A stretch of DNA of 17,352 nt from a virus (lineage: Duplodnaviria > Heunggongvirae > Uroviricota > Caudoviricetes), in IMG/VR virus record IMGVR_UViG_2728369554_000022, positions 1 through 17,352 of that record. One strand, written 5' to 3'. Positions 1-8,265 of the stretch are shown piece by piece. A model generated the notes under the pieces. It was not told the origin of the DNA and made no database searches. It saw only the letters and a program-made list of their open reading frames with translations. A program made the position numbers and the translations under genes. The number at the start of each line of letters is the position of its first letter. The stretch's first letter is position 1.

Positions 1-392
1 TTACTTAACATTACCGCCTCCACCCCGCAGACGGGAGAACAGCCCGGATACCAGCGATGCGATATCCTGCTGGTGGATGAATGAGAGAATCTTCACCGAC
101 ACCACCGATACCAGTACCGCGCAAAGCGCGTCGAGAGATGTGCTGTGGAGATTCAGTTTTTCGACCAGGTAAGACGCCATCACATCCGCCCCCAGTACGC
201 CAACAATGAACGACACCAGAAAATGCGCTGCCACACGCCAGACAGAAATCTTCTGTGGTATCGTGGCCACAAACAGCGCCCCTGCGAATGCACCAAACAC
301 AATCCCGAAATCCGTTCCGGTAAACAGCCCGAATACCGTCGCCCCGCCGAGCGCCGCAGCCGTGCCGGAACCGGATAAGGGTTCAGACATAC
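1..392 (-). CDS. Putative holin-like phage membrane protein (130 aa), first gene of the lysis cassette
   Basis: ATG at 392 with AGGAGA 7 nt upstream, TAA at 3..1. Three hydrophobic segments and a charged C-terminus (RLRGGGGNVK). Position downstream of Q and tRNAs matches lambdoid S. Family not recognised by sequence. Confidence 0.4.
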
Positions 393-408
393 TTTTTCTC
401 CTGTAAAT

Positions 409-430
409 AAAAAAGGGCCTCTGTCGGCCC
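409..430 (-). terminator. Hairpin plus T-run immediately upstream of the holin RBS (attenuator or terminator)
   Basis: Minus strand reads GGGCC-gacaga-GGCCC followed by TTTTTT. Confidence 0.4.
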
Positions 431-475
431 GTAAAAAAACACCCCGTCAAAGGCACCCGCAGATACCTTTTGTGT

Positions 476-519
476 GGTGTTATCTGGTGTTTTCTGGTGT
501 TTTCTGGTGTGGTGTGTGC
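476..519. repeat. Tandem ~10-bp repeat (TGGTGTTTTC-like, 3 to 4 units)
   Basis: tggtgttatc / tggtgttttc / tggtgttttc / tggtgtggtgtgtg read directly from the sequence. Confidence 0.7.
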
Positions 520-568
520 AGGACACAGATGTGAAAAAGGTCCGCTGGTACGAACCCTGTATATGGAT

Positions 569-594
569 AAAAAAATGCCCGTCAGGAGACGGGC
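569..594 (-). terminator. Rho-independent terminator-like hairpin
   Basis: Minus strand: GCCCGTC-tcct-GACGGGC followed by ATTTTTTT. Confidence 0.45.
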
Positions 595-643
595 CAGAGC
601 ATTCATCGTGTAGTAATAGAATTATATTTATAATGGTCGCCAC

Positions 644-720
644 CAGAATGAGTCGTCAACCTATAAAGCCATCCTGGCTTACTGTACGTGTGCGCATGGA
701 ACAGGTAACGACTCATTCTG
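644..720. repeat. Perfect 13-bp inverted repeat with 51-bp spacer
   Basis: cagaatgagtcgt (644-656) and acgactcattctg (708-720) are exact reverse complements. Confidence 0.7.
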
Positions 721-895
721 CTAACGACGTTTACAAGTAATAATCACATACCATTATGTAATACAAAAAAAGCAGCACTGAAACTGTAACCGTTCAGATA
801 TTACAGCATGAAGAAAAACAATAGTACCTACAAAGCTGTTCTCCGCGAAAATTCGCCAGTGCTGATAAAGCTATGCCTCGTTTGTTTTACAGGAG

Positions 896-967
<72 letters not shown>

Positions 968-970
968 ATA

Positions 971-1046
<76 letters not shown>

Positions 1047-1658
1047 GTTGGTTCCTCGGGAGTGAGATGAGATGCCCCGATACATAATGTATCATTCCCT
1101 CGGAACCACAAAAATAATACTAATAAATAATCAGGATGCAATATTTACCAACTATGTAATTGTAAATTTGTTTGAATAAAAAATTACTAAACACGCCATA
1201 TCGCCCCTCTAAAAAAGGGGGGCGTAATAATATAAGTGATACTAAGCATCACATTACTAAATACATTGTATTAAGCTGGCGACCCGATGCGTAATCCCTT
1301 GATATTAAAAACTCCAAACAAAATCAGAATGCCATCTGAATACACAAAAAGCTGGCTTCACACCACCCTGTATGTGAACGCAGAACTCATCACCCCACGC
1401 GCTTTCGCAGCCAGTACACAACCTGTGTCAAACGCTGGCAGATGAACAATGAAACTGCCAGCACGGTCACCTATCTTAGTTCGCGTCTCGTATTCTGCTT
1501 GATAATAAGTTTCCCGTTCTTCTCTTATTGTGCATTTTTCAGTTTATCTGTCAGTAGCATTTTGACATACCAATAATTCCTGTCGAGAAAATCAGTGAGC
1601 TAAAAAACCGTATTCACAGCCTCGGGCACGTTTAACGTACCGCACCACTTTTCGGGCG

Positions 1659-1685
1659 TAAAAAAACCCACATTAAGCGGGTTTT
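1659..1685 (-). terminator. Weak hairpin plus U-run downstream of the Q-like gene (tR'-like candidate)
   Basis: Minus strand: AAAACCC-gcttaatgt-GGGTTTT then further T residues. Only 3 GC pairs in the stem. Confidence 0.3.
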
Positions 1686-1765
1686 CAGGTGTCCATGTCT
1701 GCTATACGCCTCGTGATACAGCTTTACGAAGCGTACCAAAATTGAAGCAGTTTGTACGTAAAAAA

Positions 1766-2308
1766 TCAAGCCATTTTTTGAGCAAATGATTCTCGCATGG
1801 GAATGTATAGCGCATACTCAGCAACAGCCAACCAATTAGCAATTCGCTTTTCGCATGTGCTAAAACACCACTCTGGGTGTGCATCATTTAGCAATTCAGC
1901 CATTTTTCGCTTAGTCATCCCCCGCCCCTCATAGCGTTGCCGGAGAATACAAATCAATCCCGGATGATCCGCCATAACTTCGCCAATAACTCTGTCGATT
2001 ATTAATGCCTCTGAATCGGCACAATGTGCCAGCCAGCTCTTTTGCTTGCCGTTAATCATATCCCGCAAAAAAGCCTCAAGTTCAGGCTTGTCCAGACCTG
2101 CTTTTTTCATCCTCCGGAGCACCTCGTTAATTGCCGTTTTCGTCAATTTTTTGGATGCCAACAACTGATTGAACATATTTCCTGACCTGCCACCGCCAAT
2201 ATACGACCAGCGCCCCCACATACGCAGTTTGCCCTGAATCCAGACACTTTCCAGCGTGGCGAGACGAAGGTGTTCTCCGCTTTTTCCTGTATTCGTTGGG
2301 TAAATCAC
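1766..2308 (-). CDS. Late antiterminator Q candidate (Q82/QuuD-like), start uncertain
   Basis: GTG at 2308 overlaps the upstream stop (GTGA) with AAGGAGGG 7 nt upstream; alternative ATGs at 2221 and 2176. LRMWGRW motif recalls the LERWGAW motif of QuuD from memory. Last gene before the tRNA/lysis leader. Confidence 0.45.
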   Translation of the reverse strand: MIYPTNTGKSGEHLRLATLESVWIQGKLRMWGRWSYIGGGRSGNMFNQLLASKKLTKTAINEVLRRMKKAGLDKPELEAFLRDMINGKQKSWLAHCADSEALIIDRVIGEVMADHPGLICILRQRYEGRGMTKRKMAELLNDAHPEWCFSTCEKRIANWLAVAEYALYIPMRESFAQKMA

Positions 2309-2595
2309 AAATATCCCTCCTTTCTCCAGATTTCTTGTGTGCGAAAAACACCTTCTGCATGCATCAGGCGTAATTCTTCTTTGGTGTAATCGCTGGTTTT
2401 TAGCCGCCCGTCGATTAGATCGTGGCATGAGCTACAGGCAATCGCCGCCTGCATATCGTGTGGTTTTGTCGCTATTCCGCACGTTCCCGCCAGTCGGTAA
2501 TGCGCCAGCACAGACGTTTCCGGATCGTGATTGCAGTAGCCAGGAATTCTGACGGTGCACATCTGCCCCCGCGCCGCTTTACGTAAATCCACCAT
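2305..2595 (-). CDS. ybcO: YbcO-like putative nuclease (DUF1364 family), 96 aa
   Basis: ATG at 2595 overlaps upstream stop (TAATG). Pattern DLRKAARG..C.VRIPG.CN..PETSVLAH..CSSCHD matches recalled DLP12 YbcO; same length. Confidence 0.55.
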   Translation of the reverse strand: MVDLRKAARGQMCTVRIPGYCNHDPETSVLAHYRLAGTCGIATKPHDMQAAIACSSCHDLIDGRLKTSDYTKEELRLMHAEGVFRTQEIWRKEGYL

Positions 2596-3194
2596 TACGC
2601 AAACTCCAGCAGCTGCGCGGCCACATTTTCGACTTGTTCCGGAGAGGAAAATTTACGGAACAGAATCCAGTTCCACAGCACATTCAGAACAGATTTATAA
2701 ACCTGCTGAAACTCGGTTTCGTCCATATTCGCAAAAGCGATGGATTTCGCCCGACGCCCATGGCTACCGTCCGGATAAAAATGTTCGGTGTAAAATCCAG
2801 CCTGAATGGTTACCCACTCGCGAAAAGCCTCAAACGACTTTAGCAATGCCGTATCCCGGGTTCTGCGAGTCGCAACGGTGTTAAGGTATTGCTCTGCAGC
2901 ATCACTAAGGGCTGGCGTATGTTCCCGACCTACTGATTCGCACAGGAAATCAACGAAACCGGACACCAGTTCTCGTTCGCGAGGCGTGATCACCCCACCG
3001 ACCGGAGTCCAGTAATCGAATCCCAGTTGCAGGAGTTTGAAAAAACGCTTGTGGAATGCGTAGTTACGCACACGCTTAAAGTCTGCGTGTATCCACTCAC
3101 CTATTTTGATTTGATGCAAAAAATCGCAACTCTCCGGCGTCGCCGGGAGAAGTAATCCGGAAGAGGTTTGTTTGACCAGTTGTATATGCGCCAT
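2595..3194 (-). CDS. nin-region phage protein of unknown function (possibly DUF1367 family), 199 aa
   Basis: ATG at 3194 with GGAGA upstream; the track's 3206 start is TTG. Family assignment is a recollection only. Confidence 0.45.
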   Translation of the reverse strand: MAHIQLVKQTSSGLLLPATPESCDFLHQIKIGEWIHADFKRVRNYAFHKRFFKLLQLGFDYWTPVGGVITPRERELVSGFVDFLCESVGREHTPALSDAAEQYLNTVATRRTRDTALLKSFEAFREWVTIQAGFYTEHFYPDGSHGRRAKSIAFANMDETEFQQVYKSVLNVLWNWILFRKFSSPEQVENVAAQLLEFA

Positions 3195-3253
3195 TGCTGT
3201 CTCCAATGGCGCTGTAGGTTGCCAGTTGTTCAGGCTGGCTTACGAATTATAAC

Positions 3254-3427
3254 TCATTCCCGAATCACCTTGAAACCGAGCCTTTCAAGATATTCAATGA
3301 ATGCCTCGATAGATAAAATTACATGATTATCAGGGATTAACGTTGCGTAGATAACTTCCCCATTCTCAACGCGCACAGCAAAGAGGCCATTTTCACTAAA
3401 AATTTCACGTAATTCTTCAATTTTCAT
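3254..3427 (-). CDS. Small hypothetical protein (57 aa), absent from the ORF track
   Basis: ATG at 3427 with AAGGA 8 nt upstream, TGA at 3256..3254; translates to MKIEELREIFSENGLFAVRVENGEVIYATLIPDNHVILSIEAFIEYLERLGFKVIRE. Confidence 0.4.
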   Translation of the reverse strand: MKIEELREIFSENGLFAVRVENGEVIYATLIPDNHVILSIEAFIEYLERLGFKVIRE

Positions 3428-3547
3428 CAACAGAATCCTTCCAGATAAATAGCACCCCCCTGTTCGGGGTCCATCCCTCTTCTCCCTGCGCGCTACTTAA
3501 GTATTTTTGATTCTATTCCGGCATCGTCCATAACTTCAAACGTATTG

Positions 3548-3579
3548 AAAATAAAAACAAAAACCCGCCGAAGCGGGTT
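3548..3579 (-). terminator. Rho-independent terminator of the hok transcript
   Basis: Minus strand: AACCCGC-ttcg-GCGGGTT followed by TTTGTTTTTATTTT. Confidence 0.65.
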
Positions 3580-3647
3580 AAGTGCGGGTGCGTTGAAGAT
3601 GCCTGACACATCATAGGCGGCGAGGGATTTCTCCCTCGCCTGGTCTC

Positions 3648-3803
3648 TTACTCCTCAGGTTCGTAAGCTGTGAAGACAGCGACCTCCGTCTGGCCGGTTC
3701 GGATTCGTACCTCGCAGAGGTCTTTCCTCGTTACCAGTGCCGTCACTATGACGGTTAAACAGATGACGATCAGGACGATTAACATCGCCTTTTGCTGCTT
3801 CAT
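3648..3803 (-). CDS. hokD: Hok/Gef-family type I toxin (51 aa)
   Basis: MKQQKAMLIVLIVICLTVIVTALVTRKDLCEVRIRTGQTEVAVFTAYEPEE, near-identical to recalled HokD/RelF; AAGGAGA upstream of ATG 3803. In-frame upstream ATG at 3860 gives a 70-aa mok-like extension. Confidence 0.8.
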   Translation of the reverse strand: MKQQKAMLIVLIVICLTVIVTALVTRKDLCEVRIRTGQTEVAVFTAYEPEE

Positions 3804-3975
3804 AGCCTGCTTCTCCTTGCCTTTCGGCACGTAAGAGGCTAACCTACATTTGTGAGACATAGATTGGGCCTCAGATTAATGTTAAGCGTCTTGCAGGACG
3901 CGTAATGTTAACTGGGGCTTTTCTCTATCTGCCTTTGGTGTTCATGCCCGAGGCAGATAGCCTCAAGCACCCGCA
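3804..3975. promoter_or_regulatory. hok leader with candidate antisense (Sok-like) region and structured elements
   Basis: Direct repeat TAATGTTAA (3876-3884, 3903-3911) flanking hairpin GCGTC-ttgcag-GACGC; 10-bp stem CTATCTGCCT/AGGCAGATAG at ~3937-3972. Sok promoter not defined. Confidence 0.35.
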
Positions 3976-4093
3976 GCAATTCTACTTAACTCTCCTTTTC
4001 CCGCAAACCGTTTTTATCCCCAGCGGCAAATCGAATACACCACCAGCGCCACCGCCATCGCAATTCCTACCGTGGTGAATGCATCAGGCCGGG

Positions 4094-4798
4094 TCATTGA
4101 TTCACCTCCTGCGGCGGTTCTGGTAGCGGCATCCAGTGAGTTGAGCTCTCTACTTCGACGCCGTCTTTGTCCACAAAAGCCATCTTATTCCCGCCACGAG
4201 TGGGGCAAAAAACCTTATCCCAGGAACCGGGGAATATATTCCCGAGATCATCGAGAAGAATCACATCGCAATATTCAGCAGGAACTGCATCACTACAGCT
4301 TATCCAGCCAGCCGGAGTTCCCGGAGAGCTGGTTGACGTTTCCGAGATTTCCCGAAAATTGTTGGTTGACGAATTCTTACTTTCCCGAAAGTTTTCGGCC
4401 TGAAGCATGGCGACACGGCAGGCGTTCCAGCCATCAGCATATGTTTCAGTTACACCGTCGAGATGGCAGGTAAGCAAATCCATTTCATCAGGCACTACCA
4501 TCGCTGGCGGCGCTGCGTAAAGCGGTGTTATTTCTGCCCGAAAATCACCTACTTTATGCAGTCGCACCCACCGTTCGATTTCTGCTTTGTCAGAATTCAT
4601 AAGGGTGAACGTATTACATTCATGGTTAATTTGCGTGAAGGTTGCCTTCCACGCCACCGGCTCTGCTTCCAGTGATGCCAGTGCAATTTTGAATAACTCG
4701 CCCTCTACCTGCGCCATCCCTGAATTTGGGTGGCATTTCGCAATCGCTATTTTTAATTTGGCTTCTTCGATTAATTGCTCTTTGGTTAATTCAGTCAT
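4094..4798 (-). CDS. Hypothetical phage protein (234 aa), C-terminus resembles DUF551
   Basis: ATG at 4798. C-terminal WIS.SD..P and THWMPLPEPP pattern recalls DUF551 from memory. Confidence 0.5.
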   Translation of the reverse strand: MTELTKEQLIEEAKLKIAIAKCHPNSGMAQVEGELFKIALASLEAEPVAWKATFTQINHECNTFTLMNSDKAEIERWVRLHKVGDFRAEITPLYAAPPAMVVPDEMDLLTCHLDGVTETYADGWNACRVAMLQAENFRESKNSSTNNFREISETSTSSPGTPAGWISCSDAVPAEYCDVILLDDLGNIFPGSWDKVFCPTRGGNKMAFVDKDGVEVESSTHWMPLPEPPQEVNQ

Positions 4799-4928
4799 TT
4801 TTCATTACCGCCCTTTCAGGCGGCCTCCTGATGTTCTGAGGGTGCAGAAATCCCTCCGGTTAAGGATTTAATAAAATTCACTTCTGATTTAAATTTTCAG
4901 TATTTTGTTGTCAGGTGGTTTATCGCCT

Positions 4929-5240
4929 TTATGCTTCAGTCTTATTTCTCAGCCATACACAAACAGGACCATCTTCAGTGTCATGAATGGAACCAATGAA
5001 CCAGCCTTCACCTTCCGGGCGCTCCGGTTTCCAGGAGGCAATATCGGGACCATCTGCGTCCAGATTAAAATCATCTTCATCCATAGTTCTGATGGTCCAT
5101 TGAAGATTATTTTCCTCCATCCATGCGTTAAACTCTTCCGTTGAAATATGTTCTCTACCATCACAGAATTTTTCATATTCAGGATGCGTCCAGCAGCCAT
5201 ATTCATCACGTACTACTGGTATTTCTTTAATTTCATTCAT
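4929..5240 (-). CDS. Highly acidic small phage protein (103 aa), function unknown
   Basis: ATG at 5240 with GGGAGA upstream; ~25% D+E, Trp-rich; stop overlaps next gene. Confidence 0.5.
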   Translation of the reverse strand: MNEIKEIPVVRDEYGCWTHPEYEKFCDGREHISTEEFNAWMEENNLQWTIRTMDEDDFNLDADGPDIASWKPERPEGEGWFIGSIHDTEDGPVCVWLRNKTEA

Positions 5241-5487
5241 TTCTGTTCTCCCACGTTTTCAGACTTTCACCACAGAACGGACAAAATGAAACCCGCACTG
5301 GTAATTTAGAAAATTCACCGGAACGCAACATCACCAAATCAGGGTCGCGAGTTAAATTCTCATTCCAGATTTTGTATATCAGCAGACCTTTTCGCGTCGT
5401 GTATTCAGCATCATGCTCAAGGGCTTTTGCCAGTACCGCACATGGTTCTATCTGATTGCTATTAACCTGACATTTTGATTCGCTCAC
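5233..5487 (-). CDS. Small Cys-containing protein (84 aa), possible zinc ribbon
   Basis: GTG at 5487 overlaps upstream TGA (GTGA) with AGGAGG upstream; Cys at 6, 16 and a CPFCG motif. Confidence 0.45.
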   Translation of the reverse strand: MSESKCQVNSNQIEPCAVLAKALEHDAEYTTRKGLLIYKIWNENLTRDPDLVMLRSGEFSKLPVRVSFCPFCGESLKTWENRNE

Positions 5488-5906
5488 AGCATCACCTCCT
5501 GAAATTCCCCCTGATAAAACGCCAGCACTCGCTGCATAACCTCACTCTTCCGGCACTCGCGACAGATTATGTTCTGACGCCTGTCGTAGCGGCGTATTTC
5601 TCCGTCAGGTAATGACCTGATAAGGTCCGGATCAACCACAGCCGTTTTCTTCACCTTTGCCCTTGAGAGTTTTTTGCGGGCGTTTTGCCAGTCCTTACGG
5701 GCCTGTTCAGAGGGAAATAACCCGTAGCCAGAGTTGTATACATCACCACTAGCAACCAGCTCTCTGGCGAGAACACTCATCAGATATCTTGTCGCACCTG
5801 TTTTCGCTTCCAGTTGCCGTAACGTCTCGCGCCCACTCCGGCGTACTAGCTCAACAACCTGCCCTTTAATTTTTTCTCGCTCTTCCTGTGTAAATACTTT
5901 TGCCAT
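5484..5906 (-). CDS. Hypothetical phage protein (141 aa) with winged-helix-like N-terminus
   Basis: ATG at 5906 with GGGGAGG upstream; track start at 5972 is TTG without RBS. Confidence 0.5.
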   Translation of the reverse strand: MAKVFTQEEREKIKGQVVELVRRSGRETLRQLEAKTGATRYLMSVLARELVASGDVYNSGYGLFPSEQARKDWQNARKKLSRAKVKKTAVVDPDLIRSLPDGEIRRYDRRQNIICRECRKSEVMQRVLAFYQGEFQEVML

Positions 5907-5922
5907 AAGCCCTCCCCAGGAA

Positions 5923-6684
5923 TCACTTTTCCGACACAATACGACTGGAGGAATCAACAATCTGTCGAACAATATCCCGGTGCTTATTCAGCTCCCGCAG
6001 CGCGGCGCAGACACGCTCCCACTTCTGGACATGACTTTTCGCCCGACGCAGTTCGCGGTTTGCCATATGCAGCGATGGTAAAACCAGGTCATCCGCTTGC
6101 GTTTCGGCGAACGGTGGCAACGACTGCACAATATCCGCCACAGTTTCTGTTTTAATATCTTCCTGTGTTGCAGCTTCCTGTACTGGTAACGCAACACCGG
6201 CTGGCTGAGGAAAGGCTTTACCATCAGTTTCCGCTACCGATGCCGCTTTCGGCTCTGCTGGTAAATTACCGCCCGGCATGCAGTAACGAAATTTACCGTT
6301 CTGATTAACACGAATCAGACGACCTTTGCTGATTGCCATTGCCAGCGTTGAAGCCACTTTGCGGGATGTTGTACCGAACAGCGTAGCCAGTTCATCCGCC
6401 GTTTGTGGTCCGCGTTGTTCAATCGTCGCGGTTAAATCGCACTCTGAGATTTTCGCTACTGTCGCCGTGCTGGTTTCTTCCGGCTGTTCTTCTGGCGCTG
6501 GCTGTTCCTGCTGAACGTTGTTATCAGCCACACGCCAGGTGTATGCGCTTTTATCAACGAAGCCAGCCTTTTTAAGTTCCCACAGCTCATTCAGCACTTC
6601 TTCACGACTGATATCAAGTCGCGCAGCCAGCTCTACCGACGTGGCTTTTCCCATCGCTTTCAGTGCGTCAAAAACAGTCTCCAT
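5923..6684 (-). CDS. Phage protein with two winged-helix-like segments (DUF1627-like), 253 aa
   Basis: ATG at 6684 with GGGAGG upstream; acidic linker; sits downstream of the DnaC-like gene. Confidence 0.5.
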   Translation of the reverse strand: METVFDALKAMGKATSVELAARLDISREEVLNELWELKKAGFVDKSAYTWRVADNNVQQEQPAPEEQPEETSTATVAKISECDLTATIEQRGPQTADELATLFGTTSRKVASTLAMAISKGRLIRVNQNGKFRYCMPGGNLPAEPKAASVAETDGKAFPQPAGVALPVQEAATQEDIKTETVADIVQSLPPFAETQADDLVLPSLHMANRELRRAKSHVQKWERVCAALRELNKHRDIVRQIVDSSSRIVSEK

Positions 6685-6704
6685 AAATTTCCTCCCGGTA
6701 AAAA

Positions 6705-7451
6705 TTACTTTTCAATACCTGGCTGACCAACATTCGGGCGCCAGCTCTCCCAGTTAAAATTCACCCAGCGCCCGCCGTTCATGGTCATGCGATCCATAAT
6801 CCGCTCGCCGAGCAATGTTTTCATGGCCTCATAGTTCAGGTTTGTCAGCATTCCCACGCTACGCATCGACGCTGTCCGTCGATCAATAATCTGGTGCAGT
6901 ACCACCTGCTCGTTTTTCGTCTCGCGCTGAATGCCAATTTCATCAAGAACCAGCAGATCCACTTCGCACAGTTCCCGCAAAAATTTTTCGCCTGACTGCC
7001 CGTCGTCATAGCTGGCGTGCAGGGCGCTCATAACATCAGCCACGGTAACCACAATCACTGTCTGACCGTCTTTCAGCAGGCGATTCCCGATAGCTGCCGC
7101 TAAGTGATTCTTCCCGGTACCAGGTTTTCCGCTGAACGCAAAATTTGTACACCCGGTCATCAGTTCATCGGCGATGGATTTCGCCTGGCTTAACGCGTAT
7201 CGCTGGCCGTCGTTCTGCACCTGGTAATTCGCAAACGAGCATTTACGGTGCAACGGCTGGATGCCTGAGCGATTCAGAATTTTTTCCACCCGCAACTGGC
7301 GATTCAGGCGGTTGATCTCCTCGCTACGTTTCTGGCCTTCAGCAAGTTGCCACTCGCGCCACTCCGCAACCGTTCTGAATGGGGCGGTTACATGTGGTGG
7401 GGTCAGTCTGCGGATACGCTCCAGAACGCCTCCTGTCGCAATATTTTTCAT
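6705..7451 (-). CDS. DnaC-like replicative helicase loader (AAA+ ATPase, YdaV-like), 248 aa
   Basis: Walker [16 protein letters not shown] and Walker B LLVLDEIG; position after the initiator gene. Confidence 0.85.
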   Translation of the reverse strand: MKNIATGGVLERIRRLTPPHVTAPFRTVAEWREWQLAEGQKRSEEINRLNRQLRVEKILNRSGIQPLHRKCSFANYQVQNDGQRYALSQAKSIADELMTGCTNFAFSGKPGTGKNHLAAAIGNRLLKDGQTVIVVTVADVMSALHASYDDGQSGEKFLRELCEVDLLVLDEIGIQRETKNEQVVLHQIIDRRTASMRSVGMLTNLNYEAMKTLLGERIMDRMTMNGGRWVNFNWESWRPNVGQPGIEK

Positions 7452-7457
7452 GGTCTG

Positions 7458-8252
7458 TTACCCCCTGAAGCCTGGCGGGATCGCACTGTCCGGCAACGAG
7501 ACGGTGTTAACCTGTCGGAGCAACGTCTCAGGCCGAACACCTTTCGGCGCGAACAGGCCCTGGTATTCATTGGCGATGCTGTGTCGAATCACCTGCTCAG
7601 GTGTAAAACCCTGCTGACGGAATTTTTCCAGTTCCCGTATCGCCCCGTTAGCGCCCTGCTCCGTTCGAATCGGTTTTCGCAATGCCTGTCTGAACCGGAC
7701 CCACTCATGCCAGAGTGTTTCCGGCAACCAATCGGGCAGCTCAATAGCCTCCGGCTCGAATTTTTTAGACGCTCGTTTTTGGCGAGGGGGATTTAGGGGG
7801 AGATCAGTATTTAGATCTTCCTCTTCCTCTTCCTCTTCCTCTGGTAGCGCTTTTTGATCCGTTTGTGTAACGCCGGCAGCGTTACCTTTTCGTTTCAGTT
7901 CACGTATTTTTGTAACTCGCTCGTTTGTAACCGCCCGTTTTTTAGAGCTTTTTCCGTTATGGCGTTCAAAGTTAGGTAGAGAAAGCCCAACGTCATTTTC
8001 GACCAGCCATCCAACCTGAATTAACGCATCAGCAAAACCAGCCATAAAAGTGATGCGATCTATTGCACTTTTTGTAACGCCGCGAGCGTTACAATCTGCA
8101 TTACCGTCTATCATTTGTTGATCCGCCCATGCCCAGAAGCGAATAACCTTCCCTAATGCGGCATCTGGATCAATATTCAGAATCTCAGCAAGCCTGAATA
8201 TTTCCGGCTTATCCGGCGTAATAACCTCGAGCTTTATCCAGTTTGAAGCCAT
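7458..8252 (-). CDS. Replication initiator / replisome organiser (YdaU-like, lambda O analogue), 264 aa
   Basis: ATG at 8252 with AAGGTG upstream; poly-Glu linker; contains two of the three 19-bp palindromes; immediately precedes the DnaC-like gene. Confidence 0.5.
   Translation of the reverse strand: MASNWIKLEVITPDKPEIFRLAEILNIDPDAALGKVIRFWAWADQQMIDGNADCNARGVTKSAIDRITFMAGFADALIQVGWLVENDVGLSLPNFERHNGKSSKKRAVTNERVTKIRELKRKGNAAGVTQTDQKALPEEEEEEEEDLNTDLPLNPPRQKRASKKFEPEAIELPDWLPETLWHEWVRFRQALRKPIRTEQGANGAIRELEKFRQQGFTPEQVIRHSIANEYQGLFAPKGVRPETLLRQVNTVSLPDSAIPPGFRG
7817..7842. repeat. Hexanucleotide tandem repeat (CTCTTC)n encoding a poly-Glu tract
   Basis: cttcctcttcctcttcctcttcctct encodes EEEEEEEE on the minus strand. 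Confidence 0.8.
7867..7885. repeat. 19-bp palindrome GTAACGC-N5-GCGTTAC, copy 1 (inside initiator gene)
   Basis: gtaacgccggcagcgttac read directly. Confidence 0.8.
8074..8092. repeat. 19-bp palindrome GTAACGC-N5-GCGTTAC, copy 2 (inside initiator gene)
   Basis: gtaacgccgcgagcgttac, with flanking TT/AA extending the symmetry. Confidence 0.8.
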
Positions 8253-8265
8253 TTGTTTTCACCTT

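Noticed and set aside
145-406. Plus-strand ORFs of 77 and 66 aa
   Set aside because: Antisense to the holin-like gene; no RBS.
476-519. Tandem repeats as a possible CRISPR array
   Set aside because: Only 3-4 contiguous 10-bp units with no spacers and no cas genes.
393-606. N-terminal extension of the holin-like ORF (track start at 606)
   Set aside because: The ATG at 392 has a well-placed AGGAGA RBS; the upstream extension spans terminator-like hairpins and is low-complexity.
1198-1696. Tiny ORFs (10-38 codons) in the Q-tRNA spacer
   Set aside because: None has both a plausible RBS and meaningful length.
3804-3860. mok-like 70-aa ORF as a separate gene
   Set aside because: It is an in-frame N-terminal extension of hok; annotated within the hok locus instead.
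7261-7796. Plus-strand ORFs of 118 and 149 aa
   Set aside because: Antisense to the DnaC-like and initiator genes; no RBS.
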